A stretch of DNA of 64,000 bases from Oligoflexia bacterium. GTDB lineage: Bacteria > Bdellovibrionota > UBA1018. Under the pieces are notes generated by a model. It did not search any database. It was not told the DNA's origin and saw nothing but the letters and a program-made list of their open reading frames with translations. This document shows positions 39,097 to 49,686 of this stretch, piece after piece. Each line of letters begins with the position of its first letter. Position 1 is the stretch's first letter. Position numbers and translations under genes: made by a program. The DNA lies in the NCBI GenBank assembly GCA_963758495.1, contig CAVWVI010000004.1, forward strand, positions 32,001 to 96,000, given 5' to 3'.

Positions 39097-40872
39097 TCAT
39101 AGTTTCTCGCCATTCTCTAGCGGATTTCTTCCCAAGATGGGAAATCGGAGAATTGAAAATCGAAAAGTGACCCCTTGACCAAGTGCGCTTTCAGCCCAAA
39201 TACGACCACCATGTGCCAGGATGATGTGTCGGCAAATATAGAGTCCAAGGCCGTGACCTTTTTTTTCGGAATGTTTAGCTTGCCAGAATCGATCAAAGAG
39301 ATACTGCATCGCTTCAGGAGAAATCCCAGGCCCAGTATCTTTTACGAAAAATATAGCTTCCTTATCTGAACTGTTAAAACCAATGCTAATATGACCGCCC
39401 TCAGGCGTAAACTTGAGGGCGTTTCCGATCAGGTTTGACATGACTTGAAAAATTCGCGCTCGATCGCAAGCTACAAGAACTTGTCCTGGTGAAGCTTCGA
39501 TATCCAGAGAAATTGACTTTTCCAACGCTAAATCCTGAAAACATTTGGCCGCCTCCTGGATAATAGAATGAGCATCCTCCGGCTTTCTCTCAATAGATAG
39601 ATTACCGGCCTCCATTTTCGCTGAGTCCAGTAGATCCGTAATCAAATTCTGCATCTGCTGACAACTACTCAAGACCTTTCTTGCCCGATCAAGAATCTTG
39701 ACTTTAGATTCCGTGATCCCTTGTTCCGATGTCAGGAGTTTCTCAATAAAACCAGCACAGAGCTTAATATTTGCTATCGGATTTTTAAGATCATGAGAAA
39801 CAATGGCCAGAAATTCCTCTTGGTCCCGGATCATCTTATTTAAGGCAGCTGCCATAGACGCGAAAGTTCTGGCAAATTGCTGAATTTCAAAGGGCCCCTG
39901 AACTGGCACAGGACTGTCCATATCTCCAGCCTCAAGAGCATAAACACGTTTTGCCAAAACGTTTATGGGTGAAAGCACTCTATTCGACAAAAAGTAGGCT
40001 AATAGTGCAGCGAGAAGCAAAAAAATAAGGATCAAGCTAAAGACTTCAAGCTTCATAGTGCTCAGAGGTGCCAGAAGCTGGGACTCAGGGACAAAAGCCT
40101 TGATGCAGCCGCCTCCAATTTCCGGAACATAACGGAATGCATGAATCGCTGGAACACCATGGTAATCGAGTGCAATCATCGATCCACTCTTTCCAGAGAG
40201 ACATTCCCGTGTAGCTTGACTCAGATTCGCATTATGCGTCTCCTCAAACTGCTCTGGAGTTATAAACTCACCTTGAGAATTGATAAGAAAAGTCTCTCCC
40301 TGTTCTCCAAGTTCGGGAGGTTGTTTAAAAATTTTCTTCAAAGTTGTGAAATTATAAGACACGGTAAGTTCAGCATCATCTGTTTTTACCTGAATCACAT
40401 AGTAAGACTGTCCTCTATCATCAAATCGAAACGTAGCAAGGGAGTTCGCCCCAGAAGGCTGCTCCAAAAGCGAAAGTTTTCTATTCCATGAAACGATTGA
40501 TTGTAAATTTTTATATTTGAGCACTGCAGAACGTGCGAGATCTGATGCCACGAAATTTTGAAATAAATTTAATACACATTTTTTATCTATTTTATTTGTC
40601 GATTTACAGACTAGGTTGAGCCTAGAGAGAAGACCTCGGGCACGTTCTTGATGTCCTTTCAGAGCGCGAATGAGCATAGTTTGACGTGTCTCCGCAGTCA
40701 TGCTAACTAGCCGACTGCCGTCTCGCTGAAGAACTGCCCCAAGCCTTTGGAGTGTTGCAAATCCAATCGCTGTAGCAGTAAGGATGACAACTCCTAAAGC
40801 AAGAACCAAAATTTGTGCACGCAGAGTCCTTAACACGAGCAAATCTATACCATATTGCGACCCAGACTCCAT
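39097..40872 (-). CDS. Membrane sensor histidine kinase (Cache/HAMP)
   Basis: Two TM, HAMP, SHDLKNP, NLIGNALKF, DTGPG, GLGL; start uncertain. Confidence 0.9.
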   Translation of the reverse strand: MESGSQYGIDLLVLRTLRAQILVLALGVVILTATAIGFATLQRLGAVLQRDGSRLVSMTAETRQTMLIRALKGHQERARGLLSRLNLVCKSTNKIDKKCVLNLFQNFVASDLARSAVLKYKNLQSIVSWNRKLSLLEQPSGANSLATFRFDDRGQSYYVIQVKTDDAELTVSYNFTTLKKIFKQPPELGEQGETFLINSQGEFITPEQFEETHNANLSQATRECLSGKSGSMIALDYHGVPAIHAFRYVPEIGGGCIKAFVPESQLLAPLSTMKLEVFSLILIFLLLAALLAYFLSNRVLSPINVLAKRVYALEAGDMDSPVPVQGPFEIQQFARTFASMAAALNKMIRDQEEFLAIVSHDLKNPIANIKLCAGFIEKLLTSEQGITESKVKILDRARKVLSSCQQMQNLITDLLDSAKMEAGNLSIERKPEDAHSIIQEAAKCFQDLALEKSISLDIEASPGQVLVACDRARIFQVMSNLIGNALKFTPEGGHISIGFNSSDKEAIFFVKDTGPGISPEAMQYLFDRFWQAKHSEKKGHGLGLYICRHIILAHGGRIWAESALGQGVTFRFSILRFPILGRNPLENGEKL

Positions 40873-40955
40873 GCGCCAACAAACAGTATTGAATCTCTTG
40901 CACTCAGTGCAGTAAAAGGGGCTTTTGATGGCTTGTAAAGAGGATAGCAATACCC

Positions 40956-41852
40956 ATGTACTTTAGACAAGTTTCGGTTTCTTTCTATGGACTCCTTTTG
41001 TTCTTCTTGAACTCCCTCTTGAGCGGCTCTGGCTTTTGCTTCGATGAAAAACCGGAGATCCGATTTGCCGCTATTGGTGATTTCGGGACTTCCGATAAGA
41101 ATGAAGCAGCCGTTGCCGGACTCGTCCAGAGCTGGAATCCCGATTTTATTATTACCCTAGGGGACAATAACTATCCGAATGGGGAATTAAAGACGATTGA
41201 TCAGAATATAGGAAAGTACTTCCACAATTATATCCAAAATTATCACGGGGCCTTTGGCAAAGGTTCTCTCAGCAATCGGTTCTTTCCCTCTTTAGGTAAC
41301 CATGATTGGAACTGTGAGAGCTGTATTACTTCCCCAAAACCTTACTTGGATTATTTTAGCCTGCAAAACTCCCAACGATACTATGATTTTGTGAAGGGTC
41401 CAGTACACTTTTTTGCCTTAGATAGCGACTCCCGCGAACCCGATGGAAACCAAGCTTCATCGATCCAAGGGCAATGGCTCAAAGGAAAACTCAAGGCCTC
41501 ACAATCCCCTTTTCGATTTGTCTACTTCCATCATACACCTTACTCAAGCGGAAACCATGGAGAGACTCAGAACATGCAATGGCCTTTTAAGGAGTGGGGA
41601 GCCAGCGCTGTCTTCGCGGGCCATGAACACATTTACGAACGATACGACATTCAGGGTGTTCCCTATTTCGTAAATGGAATGGGAGGAAGAACGATCACCC
41701 CCCTGGGAAAATGTAAGGGCGCTTGTAAAATGCAGTATAATAAGGACTTTGGAGCCATGTTGGTATCAGCATCCAGAAGTATCGCCCGTTTTGAATTCTA
41801 TACGAAAGGGAATGTTAAAATAGATCAACTTCTACTAGCCGCCCCTAGATGA
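40956..41852 (+). CDS. Secreted calcineurin-like metallophosphoesterase
   Basis: GDFG, GDNNY, GNHDW, GHEH. Confidence 0.9.
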   Translation: MYFRQVSVSFYGLLLFFLNSLLSGSGFCFDEKPEIRFAAIGDFGTSDKNEAAVAGLVQSWNPDFIITLGDNNYPNGELKTIDQNIGKYFHNYIQNYHGAFGKGSLSNRFFPSLGNHDWNCESCITSPKPYLDYFSLQNSQRYYDFVKGPVHFFALDSDSREPDGNQASSIQGQWLKGKLKASQSPFRFVYFHHTPYSSGNHGETQNMQWPFKEWGASAVFAGHEHIYERYDIQGVPYFVNGMGGRTITPLGKCKGACKMQYNKDFGAMLVSASRSIARFEFYTKGNVKIDQLLLAAPR

Positions 41853-41922
41853 CTTTGAAAAAGTCGACTGAGATCGTCTATAAAAGTCCTGTAAAATAAC
41901 AACGAGCACCCATAAATCATAG

Positions 41923-42086
41923 ATTGTGCGCCTGCCACGAAGGATGAACTCAAGCTAAGTCATCATGATGACATCGCCTTTATTAATGACTGTATGGTGA
42001 GTGGGCTCATATCGTCATTTTGCTTGGATGAGTATTTGAATTTTTTATGGATTTTCGCAATTCATCCTTCGTGACAGGCGCACAAT
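41923..42086. repeat. ~164-bp MITE-like element, copy 2 (core inverted relative to copy 1)
   Basis: Same terminal arms as 11243-11405; interior matches copy 1 as reverse complement. Confidence 0.85.
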
Positions 42087-42110
42087 GAAATCATACCAGT
42101 CTTGGCTCAT

Positions 42111-45100
42111 TCATTGCCGTATGGAACCGTTTTTAGCCAGTCGAGCGATCACACGAGCAAACTTCTCACTATCGACTGGTTTGGCCATGTGTTCTTGAAA
42201 TCCGGCTGCAACGGCAAGCTCGATGTCATGATGTGCCGCATACGCAGTCAGTGCTATGGCTGGGACGAGTCCCCCTTTCTCGATGGGAAGAGCACGGATC
42301 TGCCGAATGAGCCCGTAGCCATCCTCAAAAGGCATCGCTATATCACTTACAACTACGTCAGGTCGGAACCTGCCAAATGCAGTCATGGCATCGTGGACTG
42401 AACTACATTGAATTGGCTTTCCTCCAAAGGATTTTATGATTGCAGCAAATGCTTCTAAAGAACCAGGTTCGTCATCAACTATAAGTATTCGCAAGCCAGA
42501 GAGATCCGGTGGTGCCGGTTTGGCAGTTTGCTTGGATCCCTCCAATGGGAGCGCTGCTCGTAGCTCTCCTTCGCGGACCATAGGAAGAAGCACAGTAAAA
42601 GTCGCACCTTGTCCCGGTCCTTGACTTTCCGCCTTAACGCTCCCGCTGTGAGACCTAACTAGATCTCGCACAAGGGCTAATCCAATCCCAAGTCCACCAT
42701 GAATGCGTGTGCTCGTGCTGTCTTGTTGGCTAAAGCGCGTGAAAATATCGGGCAGAAAAGCCAGATCAATGCCTTTGCCATGATCGACCACACGAATTGA
42801 CACATACATATGACCGTACTCTTGAACCTTGGCGATATGAACTTCGACTTTGCTACCCTCGGGTGAGAATTTGAGCGCATTCGTGAGCAGATTCCAAATA
42901 ATTTGCTGTAACCTTGCAGGATCACCCTGAACCTTCCCGTTAGCGCCATCAAACATTTGGATGACGATTTTCTTACTTTCAGATCGAGGGCGAAGCGACT
43001 CGATCGCTGCGCGCACAATGTCATCTGGACTCACTTCAACTAATGTGAGGGATAGTTTTCCAGACTGGATTCTGGAAATATCCAATAAATCGTTGATCAG
43101 TTGTTCTTGAGCAAGTGCGTTCTGTTCGATAATCTCCAAACCGTGCCCAGCCTTTTCAGGACTCACTTGCCTGCGCTGTAGAAGCTGTGACCAAGAGAGG
43201 ATTGAAGTCAAAGGAGTGCGTAGCTCGTGTGATAAGGTTGCGAGAAACAAGTCCTTGGCCTGGTTGGCGCACTCGGCCTCTGCTTTGGAATTTTCGGCCT
43301 CTGCTTTGGCGTGTTCAGCCTCTGCACGAGCTTCCTTTTCCTGTTTCAAAAGCCTCTTACTCTCCGTGACGTCTTCGATCGACAACAGCATTGCTTTCGG
43401 CATCGTATCTTGCCACCTGATCTGTTGGGCATTCATGAGCATGATTCGATTTCCCATTTCAGGGAAATCATATTCGATCTCGAAGTTCTTGAGTTCCCGA
43501 TCTTCAGTGATGACCTCGACCAAGAGCTGGCGAAGATGAGAAATTTCCCATCCCTTACCTCCGAGAACACTCATCAAATCTGATCCAATGTCCTTGTCAG
43601 GCTCAATTCCAAACATTCGGATAGAACCTTGGTTCGCCGACAGAAGATGCAATTGTCTATCGAGGACCACCAGCGGCAGTGGAAGCGTGTCTGCGACAGC
43701 TGTCGCATATTTCAGCGCGGTTTGGCTTTCGGTGAGATGCTCCTTTAAAAGAGTAATATCGATCAACGAAATGACTGCGCCATCGATTCTGTTATCTATC
43801 GTCTTGTAGGGACGTGCCTGGAGGCGATACCATTGTACCTCGCGACTGCAGACCTCCTGCTCTTTAACTGTGATTGTTTCCATCACATCGGAGACGAGGG
43901 TTTGCAAATCAGGTCCTTCAAAATCGGGTCTAATATCTCCAATGGGACGTCCCACATCGCTTGGACGCAGGTTCAGCAACTTTCCCGCCGTGGGTGTGAA
44001 ACGTCGGATTCGGCCATCGGCTCCTACCATGATAATAGGGAAATCGACGGCTCCTAGAAGATTAATAAGATCGTTGTTGACCTGCATGAGATCGATGTTG
44101 CGATTCTGTAATTCGTCGTTGACCGTGGTCAACTCCTCATTCATGGACTGAAGCTCTTCTTTGGCTGTCTCCAGCTCTTCATTCGTGCTCTGGAGTTCCT
44201 CATTGGTGCTTTGCAGCTCTTCGTTCGCGGATGTGATCTCATCCTGGGTGGCTTCGTGATCTTCCGCCAGTGCTTGCTGATAGGCCCTGGTCTCGGCCAG
44301 TTCTCGTTCAAGTTCCTTAATTCGCCGGTCTTTCACATCAGAGATTTTCCTCACAGAGCGTTTCCCTCGTCCGTATGTGGCTTTCGACTCTGGTGACTCT
44401 AGAGATTCAAGGGATAGCAGTTCTGAAGCTTGCTCGAAGAGAATCCAAAAGTGGCGTTCTCTGTCCCCGGGTTCTATTCTAATAGGAATCACGCTGATAT
44501 TAAGAAACCTCTGCTGGTCTCCATCGAGAATGCTCAATCCCTCCTTTTTAACGCGGATATTTTTCTTTTTTGCTGCCTGTATTGCCATGCGAAGATCTGG
44601 GACAAGCTCCGACCTCGCCATCTTGAAGAGGTTGAGGCTAACCTGTCCCATCGGCAGTTTGAAATAAGGTGAGGTATCTCCTCTGGCCAGAATGATCTCC
44701 ATGTTACTGTTGACCACCACACCCGGTGGCGCGTACTCAGAGATTAGGACTTGTTCGGTTTTACTTTGAAAGTCGGGCAATCCCAGTGTTTTTCGCGACG
44801 ACTTCGATGCTGTGGATTCTAGGTTTTCGAGCAAATAGGAACTAGCCCCGAACTGCACTCGGGGCAGGACTGGAGCGGTGCCGCGCAAGTAGAATTTTTT
44901 GGCCTTGTCGATAACCTGGAACAACACCGAGAGGTCACCCACCGACTCCGAAGTACCCAGCCAGAGAAAGCCACCGGGATTGAGAGCGTAATTTAAAATT
45001 GGGAGGACTCGCTTTTGCAAAGCAGAGTCGAAATAGATGAAAAGATTTCGGCAGCAAATAAGATCAAGCTTCGCAAATGGGGGATCGCTCGTTACATCAT

Positions 45101-45785
45101 GCCGTGAGAAAAGACACATTTCCCGGATGAACTTATTGATCTTATACCCAGTCTCAGTTTTGACAAAAAATCGCTTCAGCCGTTCCTCAGAAACATTCTT
45201 CCGAATGCTCTCTGAGTATACACCCGCCCGAGCTTTTTGGATGGCTTTTTCACTGATATCCGTAGCAAAAATCTGAATTGCCCTCTTTTGAGCAGTGTCT
45301 CCAAGAAGTTCCAGTAAAGCGATCGCTACAGAATAGGCTTCTTCTCCGGTGGCGCAACCGATGACCCAGATCCGGATGGGTGAACCGGCCGCTCTATTCT
45401 TGATGATTTCTGGCAAAACCCGCTTCTTCAGAGCCACGAAAATATCCGGATCGCGAAAAAATTCCGTTACATTGATGAGAATGTCAGCAAAGAGATCTCG
45501 TACTTCCTGCGGGTTCGATTGCAAATAGCTGACGTAATCTTCGAGTTTCTTCTTTTTCTGAAGAACCATTCTCCGAGCAATACGCCTTTTGACAGTTGTG
45601 TGCTTGTAGTGGGTGAAATCAACATGAGATTGGTTTCGTAGTAGCGCGAAGATCTTGGTCAGACTGTCGCCTTCGACTTTGGCAAGTCCTTCGAATGAAG
45701 GCGTTTTTGTTTTCCCCTGACGAGCCAGGAGTGGATGGCGTCCAAAAGTGGATTTACTAACATTTCTTTTTTTCAATTTAGCCAT
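42111..45785 (-). CDS. CheR methyltransferase-PAS-histidine kinase-receiver hybrid lacking CheB
   Basis: GCATGEEAYS, CRNL.IY, NEELQS repeats, SHELRTP, receiver domain. Confidence 0.9.
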   Translation of the reverse strand: MAKLKKRNVSKSTFGRHPLLARQGKTKTPSFEGLAKVEGDSLTKIFALLRNQSHVDFTHYKHTTVKRRIARRMVLQKKKKLEDYVSYLQSNPQEVRDLFADILINVTEFFRDPDIFVALKKRVLPEIIKNRAAGSPIRIWVIGCATGEEAYSVAIALLELLGDTAQKRAIQIFATDISEKAIQKARAGVYSESIRKNVSEERLKRFFVKTETGYKINKFIREMCLFSRHDVTSDPPFAKLDLICCRNLFIYFDSALQKRVLPILNYALNPGGFLWLGTSESVGDLSVLFQVIDKAKKFYLRGTAPVLPRVQFGASSYLLENLESTASKSSRKTLGLPDFQSKTEQVLISEYAPPGVVVNSNMEIILARGDTSPYFKLPMGQVSLNLFKMARSELVPDLRMAIQAAKKKNIRVKKEGLSILDGDQQRFLNISVIPIRIEPGDRERHFWILFEQASELLSLESLESPESKATYGRGKRSVRKISDVKDRRIKELERELAETRAYQQALAEDHEATQDEITSANEELQSTNEELQSTNEELETAKEELQSMNEELTTVNDELQNRNIDLMQVNNDLINLLGAVDFPIIMVGADGRIRRFTPTAGKLLNLRPSDVGRPIGDIRPDFEGPDLQTLVSDVMETITVKEQEVCSREVQWYRLQARPYKTIDNRIDGAVISLIDITLLKEHLTESQTALKYATAVADTLPLPLVVLDRQLHLLSANQGSIRMFGIEPDKDIGSDLMSVLGGKGWEISHLRQLLVEVITEDRELKNFEIEYDFPEMGNRIMLMNAQQIRWQDTMPKAMLLSIEDVTESKRLLKQEKEARAEAEHAKAEAENSKAEAECANQAKDLFLATLSHELRTPLTSILSWSQLLQRRQVSPEKAGHGLEIIEQNALAQEQLINDLLDISRIQSGKLSLTLVEVSPDDIVRAAIESLRPRSESKKIVIQMFDGANGKVQGDPARLQQIIWNLLTNALKFSPEGSKVEVHIAKVQEYGHMYVSIRVVDHGKGIDLAFLPDIFTRFSQQDSTSTRIHGGLGIGLALVRDLVRSHSGSVKAESQGPGQGATFTVLLPMVREGELRAALPLEGSKQTAKPAPPDLSGLRILIVDDEPGSLEAFAAIIKSFGGKPIQCSSVHDAMTAFGRFRPDVVVSDIAMPFEDGYGLIRQIRALPIEKGGLVPAIALTAYAAHHDIELAVAAGFQEHMAKPVDSEKFARVIARLAKNGSIRQ

Positions 45786-45877
45786 AGAATTTCTCAAAAC
45801 AAAGAGTATCACGTAGGAGATGAACCTCAGTGAACTTTTCTGGTTTGTCTCCAAAAATACGCGTATACTTGACTCTT

Positions 45878-47710
45878 ATGAAACTCTTGCGTAAGTGCCT
45901 GATAAATGTGGAGATAGCCGCAGGGATATTTTTTATTCTTCAGCTCTCTCTTTTCTCGCTTTCACCACCTGCAACGCTCAATTCCTTACATTTCATGGGG
46001 CCTTTGTTGATCGGCATCAACCTGATCGTGATTCATCTCATTCTCACTTTTTTTCGATTTCTTTCAGGAAAAGCATGGTTTGCGAACATGATGGGCTTTT
46101 TGCTGAGTCTGATATTTTGCCTTGTGAATTATAAAAAAATCTCATTGACTGGGCTGGCACTTTCTCTCACTGATCTGTTCGCGTTTGGACGCATGGGCAT
46201 CCTACTCCGTTATATCGACCTCAAGGATATCCTGATTGTATCGGTATCGTTGATGGCCATATCCGTAGTATTTTTTATCTATTCTCAGTTGCATAGAAAT
46301 AAAGTGACCTCCATTGAAAACCCAGGAAAGCGTGGATCTATTTTCATCGCAGTGATGAGCGTTGCTCTCATTCTTTGCATTGTATTTGCTAGAAACCTTG
46401 GCCTGGAAAACCGCATTAACGCTCTAGGGCTCGGTAATTTGAGCTATTCAGACCATCTTGGCAATTATAAAAAGAATGGGGTGCTACTCAGTAGTCTGCT
46501 ATCCCTAACCTATAGTTTCGTTGTCCCGCCTCAAGAATACAGCCGTGAACACGTTCTGAATCTATTCGATCAGTCCTGGGCTAGTTCCCAAAGTACGCAC
46601 CCAAATGAAGACCAGGAGGCTATCAGCGTTATTGTTTATATGATGGAGGCATTCTGGGACCCTCAGAGGCTGGGGGTATCATTCAATCAAGATCCGACTC
46701 CCATTTTTCACCAAATCCAACAGGAAGGTGAGAAAGGCAATCTAGTGGTTCCTGTATATGGAGGTGGGACAGCAAATACCGAATTTGAAGTCCTGACGGG
46801 ACTGTCTAATTATTTCATCTCGTCCGACCGGGTCCCTTATGCTCAGATGGAAAAACCGGTACCCAGTCTGGCTGAATTTTTAGGGCGCAAGGGATACAGG
46901 TCCATTGCTGTCCATAATTACAACCCAATTTTCTATCAACGTTATCAAGCTTATCCTTTTCTTGGATTTGAACATTTCTATTCGCTAGATGAGATGGGGC
47001 CGTACCAGGAGCGACGAGGATACCCTACTGATGAAATTCTGGTTCAGAAACTGACTCAACTCATCTCAGAAGCTCACTCTCCGCTTTTTATTCACGCGGT
47101 AACGATGGAAGCCCATGGTCCTTACGACATGCCTAAAGAGGGACCGATTCGCACCCTCGAATCTCATCTCCCCCAGGATCTTAAAAACCAACTTGAGACC
47201 TATACGAATACCCTATGGTATGCTGATCAGTCACTTGGAAGATTAATTAAAACTCTCTCCGGACTAAAAAGAAAGGTAGTCTTAGTTGCTTTTGGAGACC
47301 ATCTCCCCGCGCTAGGGCCAGATTATAATACCTATGTGGATTCAGGATACATTTCAGAGACTGACTCAGACTATTGGTCTCCTGAAGAATGGAAAAAAAT
47401 GAGGTCAACTCCATTGGTGATCTGGAACAACTTCAAAACTGAACATCGTGACCTCGGTTTTCTAAGTACGAACTGCATGACTCCCCTAATCCTAGAACGA
47501 GCTGGCATCAAGCTGAGTGGTTTTTATCATTTCTGCTCAGAGTTCTGCAAAAAAATCCCTGTCTTTTCACCCAATCTTATAATAGATCAAAGTTCCAATT
47601 TTATTCAAGCTGGAAAGCGACTCCCAAATGCGCAACCTCAAATGGTTCTCAACTATCACGAACTTATTTATGATCGATTTTTTGGAGCAGGATATTCAGC
47701 GCAGAACTGA
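45878..47710 (+). CDS. LTA synthase-family (sulfatase-fold) membrane protein
   Basis: TM N-terminus; EAFWD, GGGTANTEFE, HGPY, FGDHLP. Confidence 0.88.
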   Translation: MKLLRKCLINVEIAAGIFFILQLSLFSLSPPATLNSLHFMGPLLIGINLIVIHLILTFFRFLSGKAWFANMMGFLLSLIFCLVNYKKISLTGLALSLTDLFAFGRMGILLRYIDLKDILIVSVSLMAISVVFFIYSQLHRNKVTSIENPGKRGSIFIAVMSVALILCIVFARNLGLENRINALGLGNLSYSDHLGNYKKNGVLLSSLLSLTYSFVVPPQEYSREHVLNLFDQSWASSQSTHPNEDQEAISVIVYMMEAFWDPQRLGVSFNQDPTPIFHQIQQEGEKGNLVVPVYGGGTANTEFEVLTGLSNYFISSDRVPYAQMEKPVPSLAEFLGRKGYRSIAVHNYNPIFYQRYQAYPFLGFEHFYSLDEMGPYQERRGYPTDEILVQKLTQLISEAHSPLFIHAVTMEAHGPYDMPKEGPIRTLESHLPQDLKNQLETYTNTLWYADQSLGRLIKTLSGLKRKVVLVAFGDHLPALGPDYNTYVDSGYISETDSDYWSPEEWKKMRSTPLVIWNNFKTEHRDLGFLSTNCMTPLILERAGIKLSGFYHFCSEFCKKIPVFSPNLIIDQSSNFIQAGKRLPNAQPQMVLNYHELIYDRFFGAGYSAQN

Positions 47711-47910
47711 GAATCCTACATCAAAAAAACCAGCCAACTGTTTAATTCTAAATCAGCCACTCACCCCCTCCTTTAATCACTCATCACAAGCCCTGCGATG
47801 AACAAGTCAAGTTTTAAAAAGAAAAAGACTTTGAAATACCAGTCCGAATAAATCCCTTTACCAGGCATTGATCTGTGCTATGACTTCCCCTACTAGCGAG
47901 GACGAAAACA

Positions 47911-49497
47911 ATGGCATCAAAGGAAATGGAATTAATGGGAAAGGTGATTCATTCTGAAGTTGCTCCTTCAAAAATATTATCACAATACTTGTTTTTTTAT
48001 AAAACATCCTGGGTTTTTATTTCGGTGCGTTTATTAGCCTCTTACATCGCTATACCTAGCTTTTTGTTTGCAGCATTAGGCAAACATTTTTACATGATCC
48101 ACCCGCTCGTGAATGCAGACTATATCCTATTGGGAGTAGTTTCTCCGTGGCTCCCGTTTCCGGCTCTGTTGGGTAGTTACTTCTTGCTCCTTCTAAATGA
48201 GATTATTGTCAACGTCGCGCCGATGTACAACTTCAGCATTGGAGAGTTCATTTTGTCATTCCGCTATATTGGACTTCTCAATCATAAAATCATTGGAGAG
48301 TATGAAATCTCCATTCTAATCGGTTCTGTTCTGATGAGTTACTTTGCCGTTAAAATCAGTAAAATTAATGTAAAAAAGATTTCACTTAGATCACTACTCC
48401 CAGCCGTTTTGGTTCTTTTTATTTCTGGAGTGGGTATTTGTGCCCTGGATGTCCTAAATGGTACGTCTTTTATTCCTATAAAAGAATCACGAGCATTTGC
48501 TAACGTGAACTTTGCCTACTCAGGACTTCGTAGAACAATTCTATCTTTGAATGCAGCCCTTCAAAACAATCAAGCGGTTTTTCGCCCTCTAGGCCCAAGT
48601 GAGATTGCTACAGGATCTCTCTTTGATGAGATCAGTCACTCCGAAAGTGTCCGACAGGAAAACATTGTTCTCATTGTGATTGAATCGATGGGCAAGTATT
48701 TAGACCCTCAAAGCCAAAGCCTCATGCTTCAACCCATTGAAAATTCTGCTGTCAAACAAAGATATTCAGTCCATATTAGAGAGGTTCCGTTTCATGGTTC
48801 GACAATTCACGGCGAATTTCGTGAGCTTTGCGGTGTGCGTTTAGAACTCTATGGCGATAAGCTTCCGACTCATTGCTTGCCAGATCTTTATAAAGAGAAA
48901 CACTTTGAAACGCTTGCATTTCATGGCTTTAGCAATCAATTTAATGCCCGCTATCAATGGTATCCCAAACTCGGTTTTGATCAGATTTTTTTTGCTGAGG
49001 ACCTCCAAAAACTAGGAATCTCAAAATCTTGCGGGGCAAGCTTTACAGGCATTTGCGATACAGACGTGTTGGCTCAGATTCGGAGTAGTCTCATCGAACA
49101 TAACGAAAATAATCCTAAATTCCTCTACTGGATGACCTTGAATTCGCACCTTCCTGTGAGCACTAGCGAAGGATTAGATAGCCAACTGGATTGTTCAAAG
49201 AGCAAGGTCATGAGCGAAAGTCCGACCCTTTGCACCTATGCACATCTCATTGATCAAGTCATTTCCGGCGTTGCGGAGCTGGCGATGGACCCGGCACTTC
49301 TTCCCACTCGATTTATCTTGGTGGGTGATCATGCCCCTCCTTTCAAGAGTCTGGAACATAGAGGCCATTTTTCCAATGAAACAGTCACGTCTATTGAATT
49401 AGCTCCGCGTGATCTATCGAAATTCCGTTCTTTTAAGCTGAGTAAAGGAACTTTAACTCCAGACAATTCACCCGGTAACATAGTGGCAGTTCATTGA
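47911..49497 (+). CDS. Sulfatase-like membrane hydrolase/transferase
   Basis: VIES, GST..GE.RELC, TLNSH, VGDHAPP. Confidence 0.8.
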   Translation: MASKEMELMGKVIHSEVAPSKILSQYLFFYKTSWVFISVRLLASYIAIPSFLFAALGKHFYMIHPLVNADYILLGVVSPWLPFPALLGSYFLLLLNEIIVNVAPMYNFSIGEFILSFRYIGLLNHKIIGEYEISILIGSVLMSYFAVKISKINVKKISLRSLLPAVLVLFISGVGICALDVLNGTSFIPIKESRAFANVNFAYSGLRRTILSLNAALQNNQAVFRPLGPSEIATGSLFDEISHSESVRQENIVLIVIESMGKYLDPQSQSLMLQPIENSAVKQRYSVHIREVPFHGSTIHGEFRELCGVRLELYGDKLPTHCLPDLYKEKHFETLAFHGFSNQFNARYQWYPKLGFDQIFFAEDLQKLGISKSCGASFTGICDTDVLAQIRSSLIEHNENNPKFLYWMTLNSHLPVSTSEGLDSQLDCSKSKVMSESPTLCTYAHLIDQVISGVAELAMDPALLPTRFILVGDHAPPFKSLEHRGHFSNETVTSIELAPRDLSKFRSFKLSKGTLTPDNSPGNIVAVH

Positions 49498-49686
49498 ACC
49501 CCCAATGACTCCGCAAAACCTTTTCTAGAAAATCCACCGAACGAAAAACAAATGTGCTAATTCAATTTGCTGATCTTTTTATTTTATAGATTTCTATATT
49601 TTTTAAACGGTATTGGCTATAGAGTGACCATAATAGTTTACTTAGATATGGATAGAGGCTAACTGGCCTGCTCGGGGGAGTGAAAA

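Noticed and set aside
44110..44240. NEELQS repeats
   Set aside because: Standard coiled coil of CheR-kinase hybrids.
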